Made by a program: the position numbers and the translations under genes. A DNA stretch of 64,000 nt from positions 128,844-192,843 of the forward strand of contig MNCI01002568.1 in the NCBI GenBank assembly GCA_015680685.1. Reading direction: 5' to 3'. Shown here one piece after another: positions 1-13,900 of the stretch (position 1 is its first letter; each line of letters starts with the position of its first letter). This stretch comes from Gnetum montanum (lineage: Eukaryota; Plantae; Gnetophyta). The notes beneath the pieces were generated by a model. The model had not been told where the DNA came from. It ran no database searches and saw only the letters and a list, made by a program, of their open reading frames with translations.

Positions 1-599
1 CAGAACATTCATCAATGGCATCAATGGCTGGAGGTCAGTTCGATCTATTTTTTCAAATTGATTTGTGCATTTTTGTTTCATGCACATTTGTAGATTAAGA
101 GATCTGTTTTTTACATGCTTTCGCTTGTGCAATCGGGTTCTCGATGCACGTTAGATTTCTTACATCATTATCATGATTGTGCTTAGTTTCAAGGGATTCA
201 TTTTTCTATGCTTCAGATTTGTATATATTTTTACATCCTCCTACAACTACATCAGAATGTCCATTTATATTGGCATCACAGTTCTAGAATCACAAAATAA
301 TAAAGATGTATAATTGCATTGTGATTTGATCCCTTCTCAGCTTGAATTCTTGTGGGTAATTATGGCTCTAGCTCCACTTGGCCAGGGATCTACTGTTGTG
401 CTTGCGGTTGATGGTGGTCTCTTTCAAAGAGCGTATTCTCAGAATTTGGGGTCTGTGATTTTGACACCGGGAAGTGCCAAGCGCTGACCCTGCAACAATT
501 ACAAGGATGAGCAGGAGCAACAGTAGCATCTTAATATTGACCTTAATAGTCTTAACCAAATTGTGCTTGTAATGCACAAGTGAAGGAGGGCAAGCCAAA

Positions 600-2730
600 T
601 GATAGATCTAATTTTTTTCACAAATCTCAACAATAGCTTCTCAATATGCACTTCGTCGGATGACTCCTTTTTTCTAGTTCAAAACACAGCCATCAATTTG
701 CACTGCCTCTTATCAAGGGTGCACCGCCTCTTATCAAGGGTGGAGCAATATTGCACATTCTCAAGTTCCACAATTAATTGAAATAAATCCTCTATGTATG
801 CCTTTAAGGGCAATTACAAACATGTGACCAACTATAATTGGAAGCGGCTTTAGGATCAAGACATCGTTAAGATTTTGGGAATCCCTTTATGTTTTAGAGG
901 TTCAACATCTATCCTTTGGGAGCAAGTTATTTATCAAATTTAAAAGAAACTCGAAAAATGGAAAACTAAACCCCTCACACTTGCGAGTAAATACCTTGTA
1001 TGTAAGTCCATATGCACGTCCACCCATGTGTATTACTCTTCGTGTTGGGCCCCCTCCCAAGGTGCCTACCACAAGCTAGAACGATTATTCCGTGACTTTA
1101 TGTTGTCCTCCAAGGATTCTCAGAAAGGCTTTCATCGTGTCACTTGGAATATTGTTACTCTCCCCAAGAATAAGGGTGGTTTAGGCCTTTTAAACTCCTA
1201 TAAGCAAGGAATTGCCCTAGTTGCTAAGTGGTTGGTACAACATTTAAATGCCTCAGATATTATAGGAACCCTCCTCCAATTAAGGCTTCATCAAGAATTT
1301 CCTAAAAATAAGCCCTTCTGGAAAGGCATTCATTTTATCAATTGGATCCTTTCCCCCCTCACTATCATTCTTCCCAGATCTCATGTTTTCAAAAGCATTT
1401 GGAGGGCCTAGCAAATTCTACACACTCACATTGACTGGACTAAAGTTAAAATCAACCCTACTATCCTCTCTAGAGTGTGTCCGTGGTGGTTACCTCTGTC
1501 ACCCACTCCCCTTTCTATCACAAATGCTAAGGTGGCTACCTCGTGGTATCGAAAGGGTGTCATTTTCTTGAATTGTCTTAGGCTAGCTAGTCGCTGGATT
1601 TCAGGGGTCGAGTTCAAAACTTTGTATGGGAAGTCGACTACAATGAACCATTGCCTAGTTCAGATTTACTCTTTTCTCCACGGTCACTGGCATCTTGATG
1701 TTACAGTGCAAAGCCTTTTTCATGGCCTTCAATGGCTTAATGGGGTTAAACTCTTGCCCTACCAGCCATCTGTCCCCTTTCATCTCATGCATGACCCATC
1801 TGAATTCATTCAACGTTGCAATAAGTATTGGCACAAACAAGAGTCAGAAACATTTTGGATCCCTCTCTTCCAACTTATTTGGGAACTTCCAACCCTCCCC
1901 AAAATTAAGCAGTTCCTCTGGTGTCTCCTCCACCATGGTCTACCTATTGGAAAACGTTTAGAATATCTAGGGATTCCCAATCCCAATTGCCCTCTATGTG
2001 ATGGACAAGATGACTTTATCCATGTATTTTGGCAATGTCCCTTTGCTCAACATGTGTGGCAGTGGGCTTCTAAAGATTTTCCATCATACAAGCCATCTCA
2101 AGAGGATGTCATATTTGGATTCTTGAACATTACTTCTGCTAATCTTAATTTTCTGTGGAAAGTTATAAGGCCTACTATTTTATATTATATTTGGAAGCAA
2201 AGATGCAATGTTTTATTTCAAAAGACAGAGTATTCTAACAAATGTTTGCTTACCAAGTTGGAGAAGTTGCAGATCTTTCGCCTCATCCATTTTCAACTCA
2301 CATCTCAAGCATCCAAGTTCAATCTGGACATCAATTGGTTCATCTCTTGCAGCTATGGGAAAGACTTGTGTGTTCCAGTTACACTTAGCATCAATAATCT
2401 CTGCAAGGAAGCTTTCCCTTTTTATTATGTGGAGTCACCATTGGAACTCTCTCTATCCTTACTTGAGAGCTCTTCGCCTCATCTAATTCTTTATCATTCT
2501 ATTTTGTAACAAGCCAGTATGTGTGGACATTTGGTTGTGCCCCAACTTGGGTTTTCTCCTTTATACTCGTTTATTTCTAAGGTGTTTCCCGAGTGTCATT
2601 CACAATGCTCTCATTTTTCCCTTTCCTTTAACCCTATGACTTGTTCAAGTTGTTGTAATCGATGCACCTTTAATTTCAATAAAACTTCTTTTCGAGGTCC
2701 GACACCCCCCACAAATGGAAACATAAAATA
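600..2730 (+). mobile_element. 5'-truncated L1-clade LINE, ORF2 C-terminal half (end of RT, post-RT region, zf-RVT), frameshifted
   Basis: Degenerate FADD motif near 650 (SDDSFFLV), ILGIP, ORF 1028-1411 ending VTWNIVTLPKNKGGLGL, ORF 1475-2509 with zf-RVT signature IWELPTLPKIKQFLW...CPLC...HVFWQCPFAQHVW...IWKQRCN; AATAAA near 2678. Confidence 0.9.
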
Positions 2731-4192
2731 GAATTAATATAAGAGGATGAATAAATCAAGGTCTTTACTTAGGTTATAAAGCTAAAATACAATTTGAGTT
2801 CTCAACTCCTATACCAAATGAAAGGATTGAGAGCATTGAGATAGATAAATTTGAGAAATGAGATAATCAAAATAACCAAGCATTGAACTCCATGATAGAA
2901 CATAAAGAATGCATAGAAATGAGGAGTTGGTTCATACCCCCAAACCAAATCAGGATAAGCAGTGAAGCACCGCATTTCCACTCACATTGGTTCATATATA
3001 TACATGAAGCGATGTGATAATATTCCTAAATTAGCTTTTGACTAATCCCTTGATTATCGGGATTCTACCTCATCATCACTCATATACATCATATTATTTA
3101 TAGGATTTCTCTCATACATACCTTGAATAGGTACATGTTAATATTATCATCCTCTTGCTTTGTTATATGTCATATATTTAATGTTGGCATTATCCATCAT
3201 TCTCAATCCATAACATACCATCCCACTACCTCATATCATGGTTAATTAATGCATTTGTTATGATGACCCCATAATCCTAACACAATTACTACATTGGGTA
3301 TGAGTTTTAACTCAAAATGACCATTAATCATCATTGGTGCCTACGGACTCATGGGGATGAGGACATGCAAGGGCATTATGGGTACATGCTTGCTTTGGGA
3401 AGGATCCACTTGCATTCCCATTGGTCTTCCTTAAGTTAAAATTCCTATCCATCGGTCATTTGCATATTCAATCCAATCAACTTGCATTCAAATGTCTAGA
3501 TTTTCTTGATTTTGGCATTTTAAATTCATCCTAGTGTGTTGGAATCCTATTTCCCAAGTCTACATAATCCTCTTACATGTTGTTGCCATCATTTTACATC
3601 TTTTTTGGCTTCCATTGGACTCTTATTTCATCCCAGAACTCACCAAAATTCCTCCATTTTCCAAATGCAAAGTTTAGTTAAGAACAACTATGTCAATGCA
3701 ATGGGATAAGTTAACACAACCTCATCAACATAGCATAAAAATAGTATAAATATGCCTAATACTTAGCCAATTTTGCATCATTTCCACACAAAGTAGGAAG
3801 AGTTTTTGCAATTTTTATAAGCCCAAGAACCTTCCAAGAGTCCTAACTCTTAAATCATTAACCCATTTACTTCTGTTTTTTTATCCTCCTGCTACCAAGG
3901 GTAAGCTCTACATCGTGGGTGACATAAACCTTTGGTTTCTTGCAAAAAAAAATTTGAAATTTTTCTAACTTCCCAAGGTTAACTCATTAAAATGATGTTA
4001 ATTCACTTATCCTAAAAAGGATTAAGCCTAACAAACAAACTCTGATAGCTAACCAATAAAATAATATTATAATAATAAAACAACCAAGATCACAAACAAG
4101 CCCAAACATAATCTGATCTAATAAGAAAGGTATTAAAATAACTAAGGGTTATAAAATAAAAAGCTAATCCTGAATTATATTTATGATTACAA

Positions 4193-7100
4193 ATGAAACC
4201 AAAGTAAGGACCACAAGCAAGATAGCCTTTGTAGCCCAAGGAGAAGTGACCGAGAGGAGAAAGGAACCAACAGTAGCAACCATAATAGCCCCAAGAACAA
4301 GCACCTAAAGCAACACATGCAACATGATCCCTTTGGGAGGAGCTAGAAGTAAAATCTATTCACTAGATTCCCATAGCATAAACCTACTAGTCAAGGCAAG
4401 ATGAGGCTCCTAAGCCAAGACCTAACTTGGAGGTCACTCTAACAGAGGCTTGCTTGGAGAAGATTAGGACCAAGGAGGTCCAAAGTTTTATTTTTCAGAA
4501 GTTGAAATTTGGATCCTTCTTGGAGCTAGCTCCAGAAGAGGTCTGTACATAACTATAGGGGTCTTCCATATGGCCCATTCTCTCAAATAGCGAAGAATGG
4601 TACATGGTGGTGACTTAAATGTTCTAGAAAACCTAACAAGAAGATGCATTGGTGAAAATCAAAGACATCACCATCTCTTACCTAGTCAAGGCCATTACAA
4701 AGGCCCTCAAGCTGCCTGATATTGGGGCCAAATTGGTTGAGATCTCAATGTAGGTAAAACTAGAAGCTAAGAAAGAATTGGTTTAGTAATGCTATGGAGT
4801 GGACTGCAAGGAGTTCAATGCCTTCACAAAGGTAGAGCATGCATACTTCAAGATCACAACCTACCACCTAAATCCAATGGTGAGGCCCAGCAATGTGACA
4901 TCTTTCTCTACCTGGGCATGTGCTCCTCTAAGCAAGAAATTCCTAGTCAACCTTCCTCAACTTATTTTTCCTAGAAATAGAAAATTGTTTCAAGGAAAAT
5001 AAAAAATGAAGAAAGATTTCCACACCTGCCCCNTCCATAAGCTACACAATAGAGGAGGTATAGCTTACTATTTAAATAATGTGATCCACCATGCTCTTGC
5101 CACATCATGGTAAGAAATGATGAAAGAAAAGGTAGTAGCCAAGCTATAAGAAGATGAGTAGCCACCACCACCATCACTTGAAGCTTCAAAGATTATGCCA
5201 GAGGTGCTTGCAACTACTAATTGACTAAGGAAGCTTAGGGAGAAATAGTTGCAGCAACAACAAAGTTTTGCAGGTGGTGGAGAACCATCTACCTACTGTC
5301 CAACCATGAGCCACTTAAATAAGATCACATGGAGCATCAGCTAGCTAGACAAAGAGATTGCCCTATTGTTCTCAGCTCCAAGGAATTAGGCGCCCACAAG
5401 GCCTAATCCAAGTACCTAAGAGGTCACAGTGTCCATCCTTAGATAAACATTTCTTGAAATTTCAGGAAATGTTATGAATTTTTCTATTATGTTGGAGGAA
5501 GGTGAGGGGAAAATGTCTAGGTCATGTAGCATAAAGGCCAAGAGATAATGATGGAGATGATGGCTAATAGGGTTGCTAAAGCCTTGAATGCTCTTATGTC
5601 ATTAGTACCTAACACTACTACAATGATAGACATTTGTGCATTTGTAGGAGTTAGCAGCAGTCAAATAAGTGCTTTCTAACATGAGGAGGTGCTAGAAAGA
5701 CTAGTTGGAACCGAGCAACTACCATTGGAGGTCTTCAATCTCCTAGATTATATCAACACAAACTAATATAAGTTGCTCAAAATAAGGGACCAATTGCTTA
5801 TTACTAATGTGAAACTAGAGGAGGCCACCATAGCCAATTGATGATTGGCCATTGAAGTTGCTGAATTGCATGCCCATCTCTCTAACCCTGCAATTCTTAG
5901 GTCGAAGCTTACTAGGGATGAAGATTTCCAATAGCTTCAAAAAAGAATTCAAGAGGATGAGAATGCAAAGGAGAAAGTAATCTTCAACATGTCCTTATTA
6001 GAATCCATGGCTTTCAACACTAACAAGGACTTATCATAGGTTTGGAAGGTGATGGGACGTGATATCGCATGGGCAGCGATATTGCCTCCGCCGCGATATC
6101 GCATCCCTCGCGATATTGCATATGCGATGCGTCGCCAAATCTATAAATAAGAGGCAGCTCTCCCTTGTTTCACAGTTTAGGTCTAAATCGTAGCGAAACT
6201 CTGGCATTTTTTCCTTTCCAGAGATAGAATAATTTCCATGTGCCCGCAATAGGAGCTCCAAAGTGAACGGATCTTTATTCAAGCAAATATTGTACCTAAA
6301 CACAAGTTTGTGTACGGAAATAATGATAAACTTCTTGGATAAACCTTGCAGTGCATGGACTAAGCTAGATAGGACTTTACTTATTGTTATTTATTTTTTA
6401 TCATTCAAATGCTTTATTAGTTAATTAAACCTCTCTCAACCCTTCTCCCATAGTTAAGTGCAATCAGTACGACCGCTTCGAGCACGTGCGTTACGCTTGG
6501 TGATCCCAATAATGAATAACGTTTGGTAACCAAGGTAGCATTGGTTCAGGGTGTGAACGGTAAGTGGAAACAGATGTTGATGCTAGGTTAATTAAGGCTT
6601 AGTTAGTTGGTTAAAGTTAGTTAATTAGTATCTTCACCCTTCACCTCATTAGCATAGGCAATAAAACAGAAAAGACATAAAAATCATATACCTCAGACTT
6701 ACTTAACCATACAACCGTGAAAAATACAAGTAAGTCTGTGAAGACAATGAATGATTAACCTTAAGTGTTCCATGAGGCGTGTAGGAACTTAGTCTGTGGA
6801 GTTCGACTGGATCGCACATGTAATGCTCATATTCGTATGGTTGAGTGTAGGGGTTAGGGGAAAATCATTGCCTATGCAACACTAAGTAGAAATAGGACTA
6901 ATTGAGTGAACTAATACACCAATAGGAGGAGCAACTCACTAAGGTGAACCTAGACCTAAGGAGGTTAGTAGTAGAAAACCATAATATCTCAATCGAGGAA
7001 GTTCATGCTCTTCTTCAAAAAATAACCATTGAGGTAGTTGCTTGGATGAATGAAGCCCTAAAATTTGAATGGGTGAAAAATCACTCCAATGACCAAGATG

Positions 7101-7828
7101 GATTCCTCAAGGAAGTTAATAAGAAGAAAATTCAAATGATGAAGGCAAAGATGAATGAGGCACCAGCAACTACAACAAAGAGGTAATGTATGAAAGCCCA
7201 TCTTTGATGAACTAAATGCATTCAACAAGGCTGAAATCTACATAAAGTAGTTACAGATTGAAGAGATGATTGAGTACATGGAGCTTTCTAGCCTTCGTTA
7301 TGCAAAATTAGCAATGCTGATAGCAAGGAGGCCAAGTTCAAAATTAGAGAAGCAAGTGGCCAATTCCTACCTCCTTTATGAGATGGAATTCAAGCTCCAC
7401 ATGGAGACAAAATAGAATTTGAAGACAGCCAACATGAAGCTTGAAGTTCTCAAAAGTAGATTCAATGATCAACAATTGGTTACTAAGAACCTAACTAGAA
7501 GAATGAACAACTATCAGGAGCTATAGAACCTTGTAAGGATGTTTGATATAAAACATAAAACCTTTGTAGCCTAGTTAAAAATGCAAAGGAACTATCTCCT
7601 TCAATGCCTTGCCCATGGGACATTCTTGCACCAACCCATATCAATGAAGCTACTTGGACCATTTATGATCCACAAAGTGAAGAGCAAAAGATGAATGCAC
7701 CTTTGGATGCTTTTAAGCTTCTGGCAAAAGCAGTAGCAGTAGTAGGCCAACCTCGACCTCTAGCAGCACCAAGATAGGATGAGGAATCATTAGAGTACCA
7801 GAAGCCTCAACCTCCAAGAACTATTTAA
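4193..7828 (+). pseudogene. Athila-like accessory (env-position) ORF, copy 1, degraded and split by a solo LTR
   Basis: YFKITTYHLNPMVRPSNVT...FLVNLPQLIF (4799-5002) matches 19705-19905; coiled-coil segment 6944-7186; C-terminus KPQPPRTI* at 7828. Confidence 0.8.
6050..6855 (+). mobile_element. Solo LTR of a younger Athila-like subfamily, 3' end truncated
   Basis: Starts TGATGGG, has GCGATATCGC-type repeats then CTATAAATAAGAGG, and ends GCTCATATTCGTATGGTTGAGTGTAG, all matching the reverse complement of LTR 51814-52531. Accessory-ORF homology resumes at about 6860. Confidence 0.85.
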
Positions 7829-8065
7829 GACTTCATCACGTCTCCAACAATTCTACAAGCACCCACTAAATATTTTGTAAAGTGTTCAATTTTGTTGTAA
7901 CAGACACTCATTTTTGTCAACAATGTATAATAGGACACTTAGAGTTAGTTAGAAGTTAGTCTATCTATCTTTCTATTAATAAATTCCATACCTCCTAATT
8001 TTGTAAGAAGTTTGGTCCCACTTTTTTTTCACTTAAGGACAAAGTCTTAGTCAGTTGTAAGGGTA

Positions 8066-8925
8066 TGATGAAACATTAATAAGAAAGGTTGTGTAGATGC
8101 ATGCTTGTCAACATATGGCAGGATGCATTAACACAAATATGTCAATGTCGATGCAATCGCTACCTATATAAATGCATGCACTAATCACATTTATGGCACT
8201 TTTGAATTATACCCTTAGCAAAACTCTTATATTTTGTTCCTTCTAGAGTTAGAATATTTTCTCTTTGAGTGCCCACAATGTGGATCTAAGAGATTGTATG
8301 GAGCTTTATCCAAGTGCCTATGTGCTTGAACACATTGGCAAGAACAACAATAAAATTGAGATTTTCTATATCCATTGCAACACTTAGATTAATTTACTAT
8401 TTCTGTTCAACAATTGCTTTCCATGCACTTTACATTTATGCTCTTAAATAATTAATATAATTAATCATAAATACATAAGTAAGACCACTTTGAGCATAAC
8501 ATATTAACACATGGTAATTCCAATAGTGAATTATTGGTACATCTAGTAATAACCACATAGTAACCTAGTAGTATTAATACTAGTTTAGAATTTTTACAAT
8601 AGTAGGAATGGGGATAGTTAGTTATTAAACTAGTTGATTAGTTAAATAATTATTCATTCAACTTTCACTTAATCATCTAGCTGTTAAGAGAAAAATATAT
8701 TAAAAATAATGATAAGAAATACACATCATATGCCTTAACCAAACTTAATCATATATACAGATGAGACACAAGTGTAGATTAAGAAGACAATGACCTTACA
8801 ACTATAATATTCACTACTTAAAAATATCGGCTACTTGGATGAAAAAGTCTAAAAAATTCAACCAAATCGCTAGTGAATGCTTGTGATTTATATGGTTAGG
8901 CATATGAGATACCTTCTTCTTATCA
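8066..8925 (+). repeat. 3' LTR of Athila-like element 1
   Basis: TGATGAAA...CTTATCA termini, TATA (CTATATAAAT) near 8165, similarity to LTRs 9945-10783 and 22103-22968. Confidence 0.85.
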
Positions 8926-8929
8926 TTAT

Positions 8930-9280
8930 TTAAGTGATTATCTACTTGGATGTATTTTCATGGGTGACAATAAGATTGAGATCAATTTACCTTTATTATA
9001 GCACTTAACATAGTTTAATGTTTTCTTTAATTACAAGTTAATTTCTTAATGCACTTAGCATAATATTTACCTTTTCATGCATGTTAATAACTTAGCAAAA
9101 TAAGCCTAACTAGTTTTAAGTGTAAATGTATAATTTTTTGATAATCCAATAGTAAAATCGCTTGGTACACTTGGTAACATGTCCCTTGGTAATAGTACCA
9201 GTAGTTACACCAATTCAGGATGTATACAATTAACTGGGATCAAACACTTATTGCCTTAGGTTAAACTTTTGTTGTATACA
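8930..9280 (+). repeat. Internal fragment of another Athila-like LTR
   Basis: GACAATAAGATTGAGAT and TTGGTAATCC/ACAC-type repeats shared with the family LTRs (compare reverse complement of 60760-61020). Confidence 0.6.
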
Positions 9281-9944
9281 CTTTGGCCTTTTTTTTTCTT
9301 TTTTTTTTGCATAAGTAAGAGTTTCATGTATATTCTATGGCTTTTCTAACTCAAACCATCTTCAATAATTCTAGATTCAATATTCTACATCATTAATAGT
9401 GTAGTTTCTAGTCTTTATCTTCAACGTCATTTTTTTCTTTGAGGTCTAGCATTATTCCTACTTGTGACATCCAATGTCACTTTTCACATCAACTATACTT
9501 CATCTATGCACATGGTTTCTCTTTTCCATAACATTCTAGAAGATTCAGTGGATCCTAATGCATTATTTCTTCATGATCTATGAAGCATTTATGGCCTATA
9601 AATAGGAGGATACCCTTAAACAAAAAAGGATTAAGGAGTAGTTAAAGTTAATTTGGAAATCAATACAACATGCAATCATGCTTAATCTCTAAATGAAGAG
9701 ACAGCTATTTGTAACAATATTTCTTCTTACTATTTCCTAATTTACAACAATTCTTTCTAGTTGAGAGATCTTGATTAGGCACATGCATCAGAGAAAAAAA
9801 TTAGGATAACACAACTTCTTGCCAACCATCCCTAATCCCTAATTTTTTGTAGAAGGATCATTATGAACTATTTCCAAATTCTTTTTTCGTTATTTTGTTT
9901 TTTCTCTACATTTTAGTTTTTATTTCTCTATTTTACATCACCAT

Positions 9945-10783
9945 TAATGTGTCATTTTTGGTGGGACTATGTCGATGTGAATGGATAAACGTGATCCCAT
10001 CAATGCATGATTTGATGCATTGACACATATGCATCGACAAAGTATCTAGTCTTGCTTATATAAATGCACACAACTACTGCATTTACGGCATTCGTTCATT
10101 AGTAGCATAGCAAAGCTCTTGTAGTTTTTTCTTTTGAGAGTTAGAACATTTTCTAAGTGCCTACGGTAGAAGTTGAGAAGTGTACAAATCTTTATTCAAG
10201 CACTGATGTACCTGGGCACTTTGGTGTGAATGACAATAAAGACAAGCTTCTTAATAAATCTTGCATCACTTGGAATTAGCATGATATTTACTTTAATGCA
10301 CTTTATTATTATGTAATTTAATTTAATGCATTTAATTAATTAATTAATTATAATTAAGCACATAAGTACAATCATTTTGAGCATACATTAATGCTTGGTA
10401 ATCCCAGTAGCGTTTACGCTTGGTAATCTAGTAGCGTGGCAACATGTTCATGATGTGTACAGTAGATGGGAACGAATGCTTATGTTAAGATTAGTTAAGA
10501 TGCTAGATAGTTTCTAGATTAATTAATCATTTAATTACTTGATTTTCATGCTTAGGAGAAATTGATAAAAACATAAAAGTTATACAAATCATGTGCCTCA
10601 GTTACACTTAACCATATCCTTAAACCTTACAAGTGAAATCGGGAAGACAACAATCATGTCCTTGAGATTCACTACCTAAATAATGTATACTTAAAGAGCA
10701 AAATTCCATGGAATTCAATTGAATTACTTAGTGAACGCTAGTGATTCATATGGTTGGGTGTAGGAACTACTTGTTGCTCATCA
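9945..10783 (+). repeat. 5' LTR of element A
   Basis: TAATGTGTCAT (aligns to TGATGAGTCAT)...TTGCTCATCA; collinear with 22103-22968. Confidence 0.9.
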
Positions 10784-10784
10784 T

Positions 10785-10802
10785 TGGTGCAGCTGCCATG
10801 GA
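10785..10802 (+). promoter_or_regulatory. Degenerate primer-binding site (tRNA-Asp type)
   Basis: TGGTGCAGCTGCCATGGA directly after the LTR, versus the Athila-type TGGCGCCGTTGCCGGGGA. Confidence 0.75.
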
Positions 10803-10932
10803 CTTTAGTTAGCTATGTACACTACCTAGGAAGTTAGTGAAATTATACAACGACATTGTAATGAACCTTAAATTCAAAATCACTAAGCAAAATAATAATC
10901 ACACAAGCACACTATTTTCTTCAAGAACTAAC

Positions 10933-13900
10933 ATGGCTTCTTCTCAAAGGGAATATTCTTTGCCACTGTTTAAGCATAACGCCAATCAGAAAAGGCAAGA
11001 AGGTCCAAAACCACCCATGCCCCAACAATGCAAGGTGATATATATGCATTTGAATGAGTATATTCTAGATTTTACCTTCCCCTACACCAAGATGAATAAC
11101 TGAAATGGAAAGACATGGAGGGAAACATTGTGTTGCCTCCCAATCAATCAATTCCTATGATGCTGCTTCATAATCTCATGAGATTGAATATCATAAGGCT
11201 CAATGTTGAGTAATTTGTGCAAGATCATCATCCCACAAAGACACAAAGAAAGAAAGATCAGCACATAAAAGCTTACTATGAGGCATCAAAAGGAAAATGG
11301 ATCTCAAAACCCTTGTTTCAGCTAGGCCAAAAGGAAGGGAAAGATTCCTTCTCGGGGGGTTCTCAATACACAGCTTCTCCTTTTCTTCCCTTCAACAAAG
11401 GGGCCCTTAACTAGCATCTACAATCAACTATAAATAATCCTAAATCTAGGAAAAATGGTTCCTATGACCATGGAACCTCAAAGGAAGGGAGTCAAGGTAG
11501 GAGTAATGACAAGCACCATGATAACAACAAACATGGTGATCATGGAAGGGACAAAAGAAGAGGAAGTAGCAGGCATCATTTTTGTGCTAGTCCTTCTTCC
11601 TCTTCGCCTCCATCATCCTCATCATCTTACTCCTTCAACTTTGACCCAAGCTGTAGAGGGAGAGACCATGATGGAGGTGATTAGCAGAACAAAGATGATC
11701 ATAGACCCTATTGGAACAGTACAGACCAGGGGTGTGTGTAGTCAAGGAAGGCCCACCATAAAGAAAGAAGGGACAGTACAAGGCATCATAGGCATCATGG
11801 CCATCATAGGGACCATGACTATGATGAGCCTTTTCTTGCCACCAGAAACATGTTAAACATTACAGAGGCTGTAAGGATTCCAATAAGGCATGTGAAGGAT
11901 AGTTAGATTAAATAGTTGGACATGAATAGTATCCCTAAGTTCAAAGGAGAATAAAATTATGATCCACAGAATCATCTCCAAGCCTTTCATGATGCATGCA
12001 TCTTATATAAGATTGAGAAAAAATGGTAGAAATTAAAGCTATTTCCCATGATACTCATCACTAAAAGCTGGTATCAATCCTTATAACTAGAATCAATATA
12101 ACGATGGATTATGATGCTTGAACTCTTCAATGACAAGTATCATACATACTCCTAAGTGTCTAACTTGATAAGGAAAATCCAAGGTTAGAAGCAAGGCACA
12201 CATGAATCATTGGATGCTACCATGGGTAGATATTACTCATTATTGCATAGATGCCTAGGTCATGGCTATTCTCAAAGGGATCAACTACACCATATCATAG
12301 ATGGGATTTGAATAGAAATGAGGAGAACTCTTAGGATCTATGCCCAAGGATGGCTTTCTAAGCTAAGGGTCCATCAAATCCAGAGGCTAATTGAGCATGT
12401 GGCCAAAGAAGAAGGTGAGCTAAGGAAAAGAAATAGTACAGAGGAGTACAACCATGATCCTTCCATTAGCAAAAGGAAGGTTTGATTTTGTGACACTAAG
12501 GAGGAGGCACCACTTGATGAAGTGGTGGAATAAAAAACCTTACCGATACAAAAATCTGTTTCTAAAATATCAGTCAAGGTTGAAAAAATGTGGAACTATT
12601 TAAATGAAAAGTTCCAAAATACTCTCAAAATTGCTAAGGAGACCAAAGAGTAAGGTAGTGGTTGTGATAGAAGGCAAAAGAAGGAAGTTGAACATGCCCA
12701 TCAAAAGGGTAAGGGCAAAGTTGTTGTAATGGATGAGGCTACAAATTTTGAAATAGATGATGAAGGGTGTGATGTATGTCAATATGAACATCCTAAGGGA
12801 TGTTGTTCAATTGTGTCATACTTGTAGAAATCCAGGTTGTACCCTTTGAATCCTCACTTGGCAAAATGGCAAACACCCATGAGGTTGCCTTATCCTCAAG
12901 GCAACTACAGGCAGTTCCACCAACAAGTCTACTATCCGAGTGGAGCACCACCTCAAATTCATGATCAATACTAGTAGTGAAAATACCCACAGCTATGAGG
13001 GATGCCACCACCAAGGTAGCAATACCCTTACCATCAGCCAGATCTGTACAAGTACTATATTTAACAACCCATTTCTCCACGTGACTTTTCTAGTCATGCT
13101 CCTTTTCAACACCACTACTACCTTCTTGAATATTATAGAGTGCAATCTCCAAGAGGGGAATCCCCATTTTCTTATTAACCTCCTCATCCTTTTGAACCTA
13201 CACCTCCACCCTTAACTCAGTTACCACTCACTCCATCCATGCAAGGCAAAATTCCAACCCAACTGCAATAGAGAAACACCATAAGGGCTGTTAACTTATA
13301 GCCGACTCCTCAACCAAGTGGTTCAAATACCAACCATGAAAAATGACCCTTTTTCTGAACTAATAGTCCTACTAAGCCCTCACAGACATCTATGGCTACT
13401 AACCCTACTTCTTCTTCCTCCTCTGCAACATCCTTCGAGATCCCTTCAAATCAAATGCCTTCCAAAGTGCACACTATAATGTTGACCCATGCAATCATTG
13501 ATTAGATAAAGGGTAGCCATCTTTCCAAGAAGAGATCTAATCTTGGAATTCCCCTTATTTACTTTCAACTCGTCAAAAATAAACCTTACAAGGCTCTTTT
13601 AAACTCAATTTTTTGTGTTAATTTAATCTCACAAGAAATGTAAAAAGACTAGAACCTGCCTCCACTTAAGAAGATCAACATTTTTTTTGAGTTATCAAAT
13701 TAGTCCATCACTGTCCCCTTGGGATTGGTGGAGGATATTGTGATCACTATTTGTGGATGGTCATATCCTACTAACTTCCTAGTGATTCACATGGATAATT
13801 GCAAGGGGAACTTTCCTATCATCATGGGAAGGGCTTGGCTAAGTACAATTAATGTGCAACTGAGAATCAAATACCTATCCTTGCAAATCTCCAAGAAGAA

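Larger units (their letters stand above)
2740..8925 (+). mobile_element. Athila-like Ty3/Gypsy element 1, 3' half only (spacer, accessory ORF, PPT, 3' LTR)
   Basis: 3340-3960 is similar to the 18290-18840 spacer of the full element; accessory ORF homologue at 4193-7828; PPT region ...ggacaaagtcttagtcagttgtaagggta followed by LTR TGATGA at 8066. Left boundary approximate. Confidence 0.8.

Noticed and set aside
343-510. Cys-rich frame with in-frame TGA (CCACG*WW), possible selenocysteine
   Set aside because: No recognisable selenoprotein homology or SECIS, and land plants lack the Sec machinery.
6034-6303. 89-aa minus-strand ORF
   Set aside because: Antisense to the U3/R region of a solo LTR; open only because of GC-rich repeats.
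11455-11856. 133-aa ORF with hydrophobic stretches, superficially a membrane protein
   Set aside because: It is a shifted frame of the His/Ser-rich gag region; the neighbouring frame aligns with the gag at 51076-51675.
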